Positions 1-7,516 are shown, counted from the first letter of the stretch. The stretch: 14,957 nucleotides of DNA from Chthoniobacteraceae bacterium (GCA_031409655.1 JANNXQ010000059.1:1-14957), one strand, 5' to 3'. Program-made: numbers and translations. Notes: generated by a model not told the origin, from the letters alone.

Positions 1-237
1 TCTGGGTGGAGCGCCTGCCCGGTTACGCTCCCGAACTCAACCCGATCGAATACCTTTGGGGTTACGCGAAGGGCAATGATCTGGCCAACTTCGCCCCGAA
101 AGAGCTTTGGGAACTCAGCCGCGCCGCGCCCAAGGCTCTGATCCGAGTCCGGAAGGTGAAGCGTTGTCTGCGCGCCTTCTGGATCCAATCGACTCTTAAC
201 CTCGATGGACTATGAACCTTTTTTGGAATGCTCAGTA
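1..237 (+). mobile_element. Right end of an IS630-family insertion sequence (truncated by window edge); predicted end at ~235 with TA target dinucleotide at 236-237
   Basis: The transposase stop (213-215) is followed by ~20 nt ending ...GGAATGCTCAG|TA. IS630 elements insert at and duplicate TA. A host reading frame on the - strand loses its motif exactly at this TA. Confidence 0.75.
3..215 (+). CDS. IS630-family DDE transposase, C-terminal part (5' partial)
   Basis: The frame is open from the window edge. WVERLPGYAPELNPIEYLWGYAK matches the LPxYxPELNPIExxW motif of IS630/Tc1 (DDE_3) transposases, which carries the last catalytic Glu. Confidence 0.92.
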   Translation, partial: WVERLPGYAPELNPIEYLWGYAKGNDLANFAPKELWELSRAAPKALIRVRKVKRCLRAFWIQSTLNLDGL

Positions 238-299
238 GGGCACTGTTTCGCCTCCGAGCTGACTTCTTCAACGCATTCTGGACAGACAACTAATGGCAT
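236..299 (-). pseudogene. 5' fragment of a zinc-ribbon domain protein gene interrupted by the IS630 element
   Basis: Manual translation from ATG 299-297 gives MPLVVCPECVEEVSSEAKQCP. This fits the N-terminal zinc-ribbon pattern M-x-L-x-x-CPEC-x2-EVS-x2-A-x2-CP-x-CG, but it breaks after CP at the TA (236-237) and reads into IS sequence to TAG at 212-210. Confidence 0.75.
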
Positions 300-562
300 A
301 CTTCGGCGGAGGGGAGTGGAGAGTTGGGTCAGGATGCGCGCGCCCGTAAGAGTTTCGTCGTCGCTCCGTTCGGGCGTCAAGCGCTGTTCCGGAACTTTGA
401 TCTGGGCTGCAAATAAAAGGCGCTTCGTTCTTTCGCGAAAAAACTAAACCCCTTCAATAACTTGGCACGAGGATTAGGAAAGGTTCCAGAGGGCCTCTTG
501 GCTGGTCAGAAGGATCTTGTTCATTGCGCAATGGATCACTCAACGACCGCTCCGGTGGCCGA

Positions 563-585
563 GGCAGGCGGAGCGCCTGCCCTAC
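563..585 (-). repeat. Single GTAG-tagged REP-like palindrome (family A)
   Basis: The minus strand reads GTAG-GGCAGGCG-CTC-CGCCTGCC: perfect 8-bp stem, 3-nt loop, 5' GTAG tag. It lies just downstream of the esterase stop. Confidence 0.7.
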
Positions 586-596
586 GAACCGCTATC

Positions 597-617
597 AGCC
601 CCGGCGGGCGCGGGGCT
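597..617 (-). terminator. GC-rich hairpin directly after the esterase stop codon (possible terminator or 3' stabiliser)
   Basis: AGCCCCG-N7-CGGGGCT is a perfect 7-bp stem abutting the stop at 620-618. There is no U-tract. Confidence 0.35.
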
Positions 618-1481
618 TCACTTCCTCCACAGCCACTTCAGCGCGTCGGGGAAGATGGAGCCGCCGTGCATGGAGTTGTGGCCGTAGCCTTCGGCGAAGT
701 CGAAGCGGACGTCGTATTTCATGAAGCTCAAGGCGGAGGCCATTTGCTGGTTGGCCAGCGGCCAGTTGCCGTAGGGGTTGTCGAGGTCGCCGCTGGTGTC
801 GGCGAGGAAGACGCGGAGGGGCTTGGGCTCGGTCTTGCGGACGAGGGAGGGGTAAACATTTCCGCCGCGGAGGTTCACGAAGCTGCCGATGGTGGAGAGC
901 ACTTTGCGGAAGGCCTCGGGATGCTCCCAGGCAACGGTGAAGCTACAGATGCCGCCGCTCGATGCGCCGCAGATGGCGCGCTTCTCGGGATCCTTTGTCA
1001 GCGGCCACTTTTTCTCCACCTCGGGGAGGATCTCCTCAAGGAGAAAGCGGGCGTAGCGGTCGCCGAGGCTGTCGTATTCGTAGCCGCGGTTGGTCGCCTT
1101 CGTGGGCTTGCCGGGCACGGGCGGATTCTTGGCGGCGTCGTTGCCGGGGTTGATGAAGATGGCGACGGTGGGCGGCATGTCGCCGCGGGCGATCAGATTG
1201 TCGAAGACGATCGGGACGCGCCAGTGGCCCTTCAAGTCCTGGTAGCCGCGACCGTCCTGAAAGACCATGACGGCGGCGGAACCGTCAGGCTGGTATTGCG
1301 CGGGGACATAGACCCACCAGTCGCGGGTGGTGCCGGCGAAGATCTTCGACTCCCACGCCGGCATCGGGATGACGGTGCCGTGCGGGACGTTTGGATTCTC
1401 GGAGTGATCGGGCGTGGGTTTGAATTCATCCGCCGCGAACGCGATCAACGGAGCAGCCAGCAGGGGGAGGAGAAAGCGCAT
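618..1481 (-). CDS. Secreted alpha/beta-hydrolase, enterochelin esterase (Fes)-like, ~287 aa
   Basis: Start reassigned to ATG 1481, which gives a signal peptide MRFLLPLLAAPLIAFA-A. Motifs RDWWVYVPAQY, VMVFQDG, nucleophile elbow GASSGG and C-terminal GYGH. The ORF-track extension to 1937 runs through a REPIN and the next gene. Confidence 0.9.
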   Translation of the reverse strand: MRFLLPLLAAPLIAFAADEFKPTPDHSENPNVPHGTVIPMPAWESKIFAGTTRDWWVYVPAQYQPDGSAAVMVFQDGRGYQDLKGHWRVPIVFDNLIARGDMPPTVAIFINPGNDAAKNPPVPGKPTKATNRGYEYDSLGDRYARFLLEEILPEVEKKWPLTKDPEKRAICGASSGGICSFTVAWEHPEAFRKVLSTIGSFVNLRGGNVYPSLVRKTEPKPLRVFLADTSGDLDNPYGNWPLANQQMASALSFMKYDVRFDFAEGYGHNSMHGGSIFPDALKWLWRK

Positions 1482-1533
1482 GTGGGGTGTGTACGGAAAG
1501 TGCGGGGGAATGGGAAAGTGCAAATGCGCGGCG

Positions 1534-1742
1534 GTGCGTGGTAAGGAAGGCTCGCCGAGCGTTCCCACCTCCGGCGTGGGCAGCGGCGGCGGGGCGGTGG
1601 CGAATTCACGTCCGGCCTCGGAGCGCCCGCACGAACTCCGCGCCAGCTTCCGCGTTTCCACCCACCGCAAGAAAACCACCGCCCCACCGCCTCCGCCCAC
1701 GCCATTCGAGGGAACGCTCGGCGAGCCTTCCCTACCGCGCAC
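1534..1742. repeat. REPIN/MITE-like element: inverted REP doublet (family B) with extended inner arms, 209 bp
   Basis: 1534-1566 (GTGCGTGGTAAGGAAGGCTCGCCGAGCGTTCCC) matches the reverse complement of 1710-1742 at 31/33. Inner arms 1573-1600 and 1676-1703 match at 25/28. The right copy carries GTAG and the left copy GTAA. Confidence 0.85.
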
Positions 1743-1788
1743 TCCGTTTGGCTTTTCCGCTCCGCCTGCTATTCCTCCCGCACCACCG

Positions 1789-3522
1789 ATGGATTCCGCC
1801 CTCTTCCCTGCCCCGCCGCTTTCGACGCTGGCGCTTTTTCGCCTTCTGGCGTGGGTCCATTGGCGGTCTTTCATTGCGAGTTTCCGCAAGACCCGCCGCG
1901 ACTCGCCATTGCTCCTTTTCATCCTCGCGGCCTTCATCCTCAGCTACCTGCTGGTGGGCTACTGGCTCTTTTTCACGGGGCTGAATTTCCTCTCCAACTT
2001 TCAGGTCGTCGGCAGCCTGCTCTCGCAGCGCATTCTCTTTCTCATCTTCGCGTTCTTCTTCGCGATGCTGATCTTTTCCAATCTCATCATCGGCTACTCG
2101 ACGCTCTTCAAGAATCGCGAGACGCAGTGGCTGATGGCGCTGCCGGTGACGCACCGCGATGTGTATCGCTGGAAGTTCCTCGAAGCGCTCGTGGTCTCGA
2201 GTTGGGCGCTCATTTTCCTGAGCGCGCCGATGATGATCGCCTTCGGTCGCGTGCATGGTGTGCCGCCGCATTTTTACGCGCAGATCGCCATCGTCTATCT
2301 GCCCTTCGTCGTGCTCCCGGCCTTGCTCGGCTCGTGGAGTATCGTGCTCCTGGTGCGGGTGCTGGCGCGGCGCGGAGTGAAAAAGGGCGCGCTGCTGCTC
2401 GCGGGCGTGGGGGTGCTGGCGCTGATCTTTTCCATCAAACCGGTGAGCGACGCCGATGCCGCGGCGCAGCACGAGCTGATCTCCTTTGGCCAGCTCCTGA
2501 AGCACACCCGGATGAGCGTGAATCCCTACCTGCCGAGCGCCTGGCTCGCGCAGAGTGTGCTGGCCTGGAGCGATGGCCTGATGCAGCGCGGCTTCTTCTT
2601 TTTCTGCCTGCTCCTGAGTAATGCGCTGCTCGGACTGCTCATCGGATTCGAGGGCGTGGGCCGGATGTTTTTCGGGAGTTGGACGGTGGCGATGAGTTCG
2701 CGTGCGGAACGCTACCAGCGCGAGGCGGCCGCGAAGCGTTCGCGCGCAGATCAGCTCTCGCTGCTCGATCGCTGCACCGGCTTGCTCCGCCCTTTCTCCC
2801 CGCCGATCGCGGCGCTGGTGCTGAAAGATGTGCGGCTCTTCTGGCGCGATCCGGCGCAGTGGATTCAGTTCATGATCTTCTTCGGACTGCTCTGCATCTA
2901 CGTGCTCAATCTGCGGAACGTGGCGCTCGATTTTCAGAATCCCTTTTGGGAAACGATGATCAGCTACCTGAATCTCGCCGCCAGCGCGCTGACGCTCTCG
3001 ACGCTCACGACGCGGTTCGTCTTCCCGCAGTTTTCGCTCGAAGGTCGGCGGCTCTGGATCATCGGCCTCGCGCCCCTCGGCCTGCACCGCGTGCTGTTGC
3101 AAAAGTTCGCGCTTAGTGCAGTCACGGCGATGACGGTCACCGTGCTGCTGATGGTCGCATCGAGCCTCATGCTGCATCTGGAGACGGCGAAGGTGATCTT
3201 CTTCGGCCTCGCGATCGCGGTCATGAGCGCCGCGCTGAGCGGGCTGGCCGTGGGGCTCGGCGCGCTCTTCCCAAATTTCAAGGAAGACAACCCCTCCAAG
3301 ATCGTCAGCGGCTTTGGCGGCACGCTCTGTCTCGTGGTCAGTTTCATCTACATCGCGCTCTTCGTCGCGCTCGCCGCGCTGCCGGATGTCCGCCGCGTGG
3401 CGAATGTGAACCTGCCGATCCCCGATGCCGCCGCGCATTGGCTGGCACTCGGCCTCAGCGTCGCGGTGCTTTTCATCCCGCTGACAATCGCGCTGCGACG
3501 CGTGAAAAATCTGGAGTTTTAG
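1789..3522 (+). CDS. Putative ABC-2-type transporter permease (ABC_tran_2-like polytopic membrane protein), ~577 aa
   Basis: Start reassigned to ATG 1789 (MDSALF), after the REPIN. At least 12 hydrophobic segments in two halves. Motifs WLMALPV..VYRWKFLE, LPSAW, LVLKDVRLFWRDPAQW and FSLEGRRLWIIGLAPL...KF are typical of this permease family. Confidence 0.82.
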   Translation: MDSALFPAPPLSTLALFRLLAWVHWRSFIASFRKTRRDSPLLLFILAAFILSYLLVGYWLFFTGLNFLSNFQVVGSLLSQRILFLIFAFFFAMLIFSNLIIGYSTLFKNRETQWLMALPVTHRDVYRWKFLEALVVSSWALIFLSAPMMIAFGRVHGVPPHFYAQIAIVYLPFVVLPALLGSWSIVLLVRVLARRGVKKGALLLAGVGVLALIFSIKPVSDADAAAQHELISFGQLLKHTRMSVNPYLPSAWLAQSVLAWSDGLMQRGFFFFCLLLSNALLGLLIGFEGVGRMFFGSWTVAMSSRAERYQREAAAKRSRADQLSLLDRCTGLLRPFSPPIAALVLKDVRLFWRDPAQWIQFMIFFGLLCIYVLNLRNVALDFQNPFWETMISYLNLAASALTLSTLTTRFVFPQFSLEGRRLWIIGLAPLGLHRVLLQKFALSAVTAMTVTVLLMVASSLMLHLETAKVIFFGLAIAVMSAALSGLAVGLGALFPNFKEDNPSKIVSGFGGTLCLVVSFIYIALFVALAALPDVRRVANVNLPIPDAAAHWLALGLSVAVLFIPLTIALRRVKNLEF

Positions 3523-3549
3523 GGACTCACTCCTACACTCACGCGCATC

Positions 3550-4170
3550 ATGCCCGCGCCCTCGAACGATCAATTCCTCGAACTCCCCGAAGACGATCCG
3601 ATGTCCGGGGAACACATCGATACCCAGGTCGCGAAGGCGCAGGAGCAAATCCTTTCGCTGAAGCGCCAGCAGGACCAAATCGAACGCCAGAAGCGGGATC
3701 TCGAGGAACTCGGCCGGCGGCAGGAGCAACTGCACCAGGGTCGCACCGAGATGGTCGAGAAATTCACCAGGGCGCTCGTCGTCGTAGATCGCGAAGTCTA
3801 TGACACCCAGAAGCGCGTGGAGCTCCTGCAGAGCATCCGCGAGTCCTTTGCCGCGCATGCGGAAAATCTCGAAGCCATCAATCCCAAAGGCTGGGAAGCA
3901 CTGGAGCTGAACAAGGAACTGAGCAAAGCGCTGAGCGCCGTGGATGATGCCCGCGCCGAATACAATCGCGCGCTGCCCAAGATCACGCCGGAGTCCGACA
4001 CCGATCACGGCGACGCCGTCGCGGTCAGTGCGGGTTACCAAGCAGAGTACGTCGGAGAAGAACAAAAAGACTTTCTCTACTGGCTGAAGGCCGGGTTCGC
4101 TTTCACGCTGCCGATGTTTGCGATCGGCGTCGTCCTGATCATCGTCCTCATCGCCATCTTCAACCGGTAA
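3550..4170 (+). CDS. Hypothetical coiled-coil protein with a single C-terminal transmembrane helix, 206 aa
   Basis: Q/E/K/R/L-rich heptad-like helices from about aa 23-140, an acidic linker, and a terminal hydrophobic stretch (FAFTLPMFAIGVVLIIVLIAIF). No signal peptide. Genome-like codon usage. Confidence 0.85.
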   Translation: MPAPSNDQFLELPEDDPMSGEHIDTQVAKAQEQILSLKRQQDQIERQKRDLEELGRRQEQLHQGRTEMVEKFTRALVVVDREVYDTQKRVELLQSIRESFAAHAENLEAINPKGWEALELNKELSKALSAVDDARAEYNRALPKITPESDTDHGDAVAVSAGYQAEYVGEEQKDFLYWLKAGFAFTLPMFAIGVVLIIVLIAIFNR

Positions 4171-4177
4171 CCGCCCG

Positions 4178-4576
4178 ATGCCCGTGAAAGACCGCCGTCC
4201 CAAACAGGAAAAACTGAAGGCAACCGCCATCGACGAACAGCAGCGGAAGCTCGAAGAGGAGGCCCGCAAGATCCAGGAGAAGGTGGACCGCTTGAATAAG
4301 CTCATCGACGATGCGCCCGAGATCAGAAAGGCGCAGGAACGCAAAAAGCGGGAGGAGTTTGTGAAGAATCGCGCGAAACCAGTGGCCGGTCCGTCCTTCT
4401 CGCGGACGGCCTTGCCTGATCCGCGGTATCGCCACGAGCCGCTCTATGTCGGGAACACCGCGCGCCAACCGCAACTGCGGGGCGAACGTTCGCAGGGCAA
4501 GGTGATGTTTTTCATCCTGCTCATCGCCTTCATCGCGATGCTCGGCTGGGTGTGGACCACCTTTTCCCGCGGGTGA
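4178..4576 (+). CDS. Hypothetical coiled-coil protein with a single C-terminal transmembrane helix, 132 aa
   Basis: Charged helical N-terminus (IDEQQRKLEEEARKIQEKVDRLNKLI) and a terminal hydrophobic helix (VMFFILLIAFIAMLGWVW). It starts 7 nt after the previous stop, and its stop overlaps the next start (GTGA). Confidence 0.82.
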   Translation: MPVKDRRPKQEKLKATAIDEQQRKLEEEARKIQEKVDRLNKLIDDAPEIRKAQERKKREEFVKNRAKPVAGPSFSRTALPDPRYRHEPLYVGNTARQPQLRGERSQGKVMFFILLIAFIAMLGWVWTTFSRG

Positions 4577-4995
4577 AGACCTGCCGGACGCTGCGGGCCG
4601 GGGCGCTCGAGGTGGAGATCACACTGAGCCCCGCGGGGCTGAAGGCCGTGACGCTCCCGCCGGAGGCACCGGAGGATCTCGATGGCGCAATGCTGGCCGC
4701 GCTCCTCGCACAACTCGCCGCGTTTCCGCTCGATCTCGAAGGCACCGCGCCTTTCACCCGGCTCGTCTGGGAGCGGATGCAGCGCATCCCGGCGGGCGAA
4801 GCGCTCACCTACGGGGAACTCGCGGCGGAGGTCGGAAATCCGCGCGCTGCACGGGCCATCGGCCAGGCCTGCGCGACGAATCCGCGACTGCTCATCGTGC
4901 CGTGCCATCGCGTCGTTGCGGCCGGAGGGCTCGGTGGCTTTGCGCTCGGGCTCGACTGGAAGCGGAAGCTGCTGGAACTCGAGGCGCACGGTTAA
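4573..4995 (+). CDS. ogt: Methylated-DNA--protein-cysteine S-methyltransferase (O6-alkylguanine alkyltransferase), ~140 aa
   Basis: IPAGEALTYGELA, RAARAIGQA, NP and active-site VPCHRVV, ending LGGFALGLDWKRKLLELE. GTG start at 4573 overlaps the upstream TGA. Confidence 0.93.
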   Translation: MKTCRTLRAGALEVEITLSPAGLKAVTLPPEAPEDLDGAMLAALLAQLAAFPLDLEGTAPFTRLVWERMQRIPAGEALTYGELAAEVGNPRAARAIGQACATNPRLLIVPCHRVVAAGGLGGFALGLDWKRKLLELEAHG

Positions 4996-5076
4996 GCGCG
5001 GGCGAGATGAGGAGGACGAGGAAGAGTATTTCCCCGCTTCCCAGACCCGTGGCTTTTCTCTCTACTACCTTCCCCG

Positions 5077-5361
5077 ATGAGCGCCCAATTTGACGTCCGC
5101 TACACCGCGCAACTTGCGCGTTTGCACCTTTCCGAAGAAGAAATCGCCAAGTTCCAAACCCAGATCTCGCAGATCCTCGCCTACGTGGAAAAGCTCGAGG
5201 AAGTCGATGTCACCGGCGTGGAGCCGACCGCCCACGCCAATGCCGTCTTCAATGTCTTCCGCCAGGACGAGCCGCGCGATTGGTTCACGGCAAAGGAGGC
5301 GCTGGCCAATGCGCCGCGGGAGGCAAATCAGCTCTTCGTCGTGCCGAAGGTCATCGAATAA
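5077..5361 (+). CDS. gatC: Asp-tRNA(Asn)/Glu-tRNA(Gln) amidotransferase subunit C
   Basis: DVRYTAQLARLHLSEEE...LEEVDVTGVEPTAH...NVFRQD...ALANAP...FVVPKVIE. It lies 3 nt upstream of gatA. Confidence 0.97.
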   Translation: MSAQFDVRYTAQLARLHLSEEEIAKFQTQISQILAYVEKLEEVDVTGVEPTAHANAVFNVFRQDEPRDWFTAKEALANAPREANQLFVVPKVIE

Positions 5362-5364
5362 CGC

Positions 5365-6813
5365 ATGGAACTGACCGCTCTCTCCGTTGCCGCACTCCAG
5401 GCGAAACTCCGCGCCCGGGAAGTCTCGCCGACGGACGCTCTCCACGCTCTCGAAGCCCGCATCGCGGTCGTCGATCCGCAGATTCACGGCTACCTTTCCC
5501 GCAACTTTGCCGCCGCGCTCAAGGAAGCCGCGACCGCCGATGTTTCGCTCCCGCTCGGCGGAGTGCCGATCGCGATCAAGGACGTGATCAACGTCTCCGG
5601 CGAACCGTGTACGGCGGCGTCGAAGATCCTCCAAGGTTACCGCTCAAACTACGACGCGACGGTCATTCGCAAGCTGCGCGCGGCCGGGGCGATTCCCTTT
5701 GGACGATGCAATCTGGACGAGTTTGCCATGGGAAGCTCGACGGAGAACTCGGCCTTCGGCCACACCCGAAATCCGTGGGATACGACGCGGATTCCTGGTG
5801 GTTCGAGCGGGGGCTCGGCAGCCGTGGTCGCCGCGGATGAAGCTTTCGCGGCACTGGGTTCCGATACCGGCGGCTCGATCCGCCAGCCCGCCGCGCTTTG
5901 CGGATGTGTGGGGGTGAAACCGACCTACGGCCGCGTCTCGCGTTTCGGGCTCATCGCCTTCGCCTCCTCGCTCGATCAGATCGGCCCATTCACCAAGACC
6001 GTGGAAGACGCGGCGCTGCTGCTCAACGCCATCTCCGGGCGCGACCCGCAGGATTCCACGAGTCTCGAAGAGCCGGTGCCTCAGCACGCCGCACTCCTCG
6101 GACGCGATCTCAAAGGCCTCCGGCTCGGCATGCCGCGCGAGTATTTCATCGAGGGGATCGATCCGCAGGTGGACGCCGCGGTGCGGGCCGCCGTCCGCCA
6201 CTACGAGTCGCTCGGGGCGGAGATCGTGGAGGTGACGCTGCCCAATACGGAACACGCCGTCGGTGTCTATTACATCATCGCCACCGCGGAGGCGTCGGCG
6301 AATCTAGCGCGCTTCGATGGCGTCCGCTACGGCCACCGCACCGCCGAGGTCACTGGGCTGATCGACCAATACGGACGCACCCGGGCGGAAGGATTCGGCG
6401 CCCAAGTCAAGCGGCGCATCATCCTCGGCCCCGACGTCCTCAGCTCCGGCTACTACGACGCCATTTACCTCCGCGCGCAGAAGGTCCGCACCCTCATCCG
6501 GCGCGACTTCACCCGGGCGTTTGAAAAGGTGGACGCCATCATCTGCCCGACCTCACCCGAGGTCGCCTTCAAAGCCGGTGATCGCTCCGATGATCCGCTC
6601 AAGATGTACCTCGCCGACATCTTCACCATTGCCGCCAATCTCGCCGGTATCTGCGGACTGAACCTGCCGTGCGGCTTCGCGGAAGTGGAAGGACGCCGTC
6701 TCCCGATCGGCCTGCAACTGCTCGGCAAGCCCTTCCACGAGCCGCAGCTCCTGCAAATCGCCCACGCCTACGAGCAGTCCACCGACTGGCACAAAGCGCG
6801 ACCGGGTCTTTGA
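5365..6813 (+). CDS. gatA: Asp-tRNA(Asn)/Glu-tRNA(Gln) amidotransferase subunit A
   Basis: Amidase signature with Lys-cisSer-Ser triad motifs IAIKD, GGSSGGS and GSDTGGSIRQPA. GatA-type motifs NLDEFAMGSSTENS, NLARFDGVRYG, VKRRI and MYLADIFT. Confidence 0.97.
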   Translation: MELTALSVAALQAKLRAREVSPTDALHALEARIAVVDPQIHGYLSRNFAAALKEAATADVSLPLGGVPIAIKDVINVSGEPCTAASKILQGYRSNYDATVIRKLRAAGAIPFGRCNLDEFAMGSSTENSAFGHTRNPWDTTRIPGGSSGGSAAVVAADEAFAALGSDTGGSIRQPAALCGCVGVKPTYGRVSRFGLIAFASSLDQIGPFTKTVEDAALLLNAISGRDPQDSTSLEEPVPQHAALLGRDLKGLRLGMPREYFIEGIDPQVDAAVRAAVRHYESLGAEIVEVTLPNTEHAVGVYYIIATAEASANLARFDGVRYGHRTAEVTGLIDQYGRTRAEGFGAQVKRRIILGPDVLSSGYYDAIYLRAQKVRTLIRRDFTRAFEKVDAIICPTSPEVAFKAGDRSDDPLKMYLADIFTIAANLAGICGLNLPCGFAEVEGRRLPIGLQLLGKPFHEPQLLQIAHAYEQSTDWHKARPGL

Positions 6814-6897
6814 GGCGAAACGAACTGGAACCTCCCAGCCGGAAGGCCACGCAGCCCAGCTGATCGCGGGCTCGGGATTGTGGAAAAGCCCGCTCGC

Positions 6898-7473
6898 TTA
6901 AGCCGCCTTCGACGCGACGACGCTGTTCACCTTCCGCCCGAGATGCTTGAGCGTTTCGTGCAAATCCTCCGCCTTGAGCGGCTTCTTCAGCACCGTCACC
7001 GGTCCATACTTGAGGATGTTGTTCATCATCTCGCTGTCCGGGTAGCCAGTGATGATCACCACTGGCGTTTCGGGATGCTTATCCTTCAGCACCGCGTAGA
7101 TCTGATCGCCATTCACGTCCGGAAGCTGGAGATCGAGGAAGCAAAGATCGAACTTCTGCTTTTCGAGCGCCGCGATCGCGTCCTTTCCGGTGCCGACCAC
7201 GAGTCGGCTGTAGCCGTTCTTCTTCAGGAAAAGCTTGAACATGTTTTGCAGCGCTTCGTCGTCATCCACGACGAGCACCGTCGGCTGGCCCTGCTCCTCA
7301 TTGCGGAGGATGTCGCGATCGAGCGCGTCCCGCTTCACGCGCCAACGTCCACCGATCTGAATCGCCGGAAGCTGGCCGCGCTGAACGAGGTAGTAAACCG
7401 TCGGCAAAGGGATCCGCAGATATTCGGCGGTCTCCTTGACCGTCATCAGATTGTGGGAGGAATCGGCTGTCAA
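6898..7473 (-). CDS. Response regulator with N-terminal excisionase-like (HTH_17) DNA-binding domain and C-terminal receiver domain
   Basis: LMTVKETAEYLRIPLPTVYYLVQRGQLPAIQIGGRWRV is Xis-like wHTH. Receiver motifs VLVVDDD, FLDLQLPDVNG (phosphoacceptor Asp), IITGY and KKP are intact. The start is TTG 7473 or ATG 7446. Confidence 0.93.
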   Translation of the reverse strand: MTADSSHNLMTVKETAEYLRIPLPTVYYLVQRGQLPAIQIGGRWRVKRDALDRDILRNEEQGQPTVLVVDDDEALQNMFKLFLKKNGYSRLVVGTGKDAIAALEKQKFDLCFLDLQLPDVNGDQIYAVLKDKHPETPVVIITGYPDSEMMNNILKYGPVTVLKKPLKAEDLHETLKHLGRKVNSVVASKAA

Positions 7474-7516
7474 AATATAGTTATTGAAAGGGTTGTAACG
7501 GCTTTGTAGGACGGAG

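Noticed and set aside
235..585. GTAGGGCA (235-242) inverted against TGCCCTAC (578-585) as ends of a 350-bp element
   Set aside because: The match is only 8 bp. The left copy is explained by the IS end plus zinc-ribbon codons and lacks the REP hairpin.
462..1544. 360-aa + strand ORF
   Set aside because: Antisense shadow of the esterase, with no recognisable motif. Such shadows are typical of high-GC codon bias.
1414..1937. Long Pro/Gly-rich N-terminal extensions and apparent overlap of the esterase and permease ORFs
   Set aside because: Read-through of the stop-free REPIN. Better starts exist at 1481 (signal peptide) and 1789.
1732..4344. 870-aa - strand ORF
   Set aside because: Antisense to three well-formed + strand genes, with R/E/H-rich composition mirroring hydrophobic codons and no domain motifs.
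4996..5076. GAGGAGG purine tract or DEEDEEEY peptide (ORF 4682-5080) before gatC
   Set aside because: The SD-like tract is over 60 nt from the gatC start. The ORF overlaps ogt out of frame and has no other support.
6866..6893. Hairpin GCGGGCT-N14-AGCCCGC between gatA and the regulator as a terminator
   Set aside because: Long loop and no following U-tract on either strand, so it is too weak to call.
6898..7473. Excisionase as a sign of a prophage or integrative element
   Set aside because: The HTH is fused to an intact receiver domain, with no integrase, att site or tRNA nearby and housekeeping genes on both sides.
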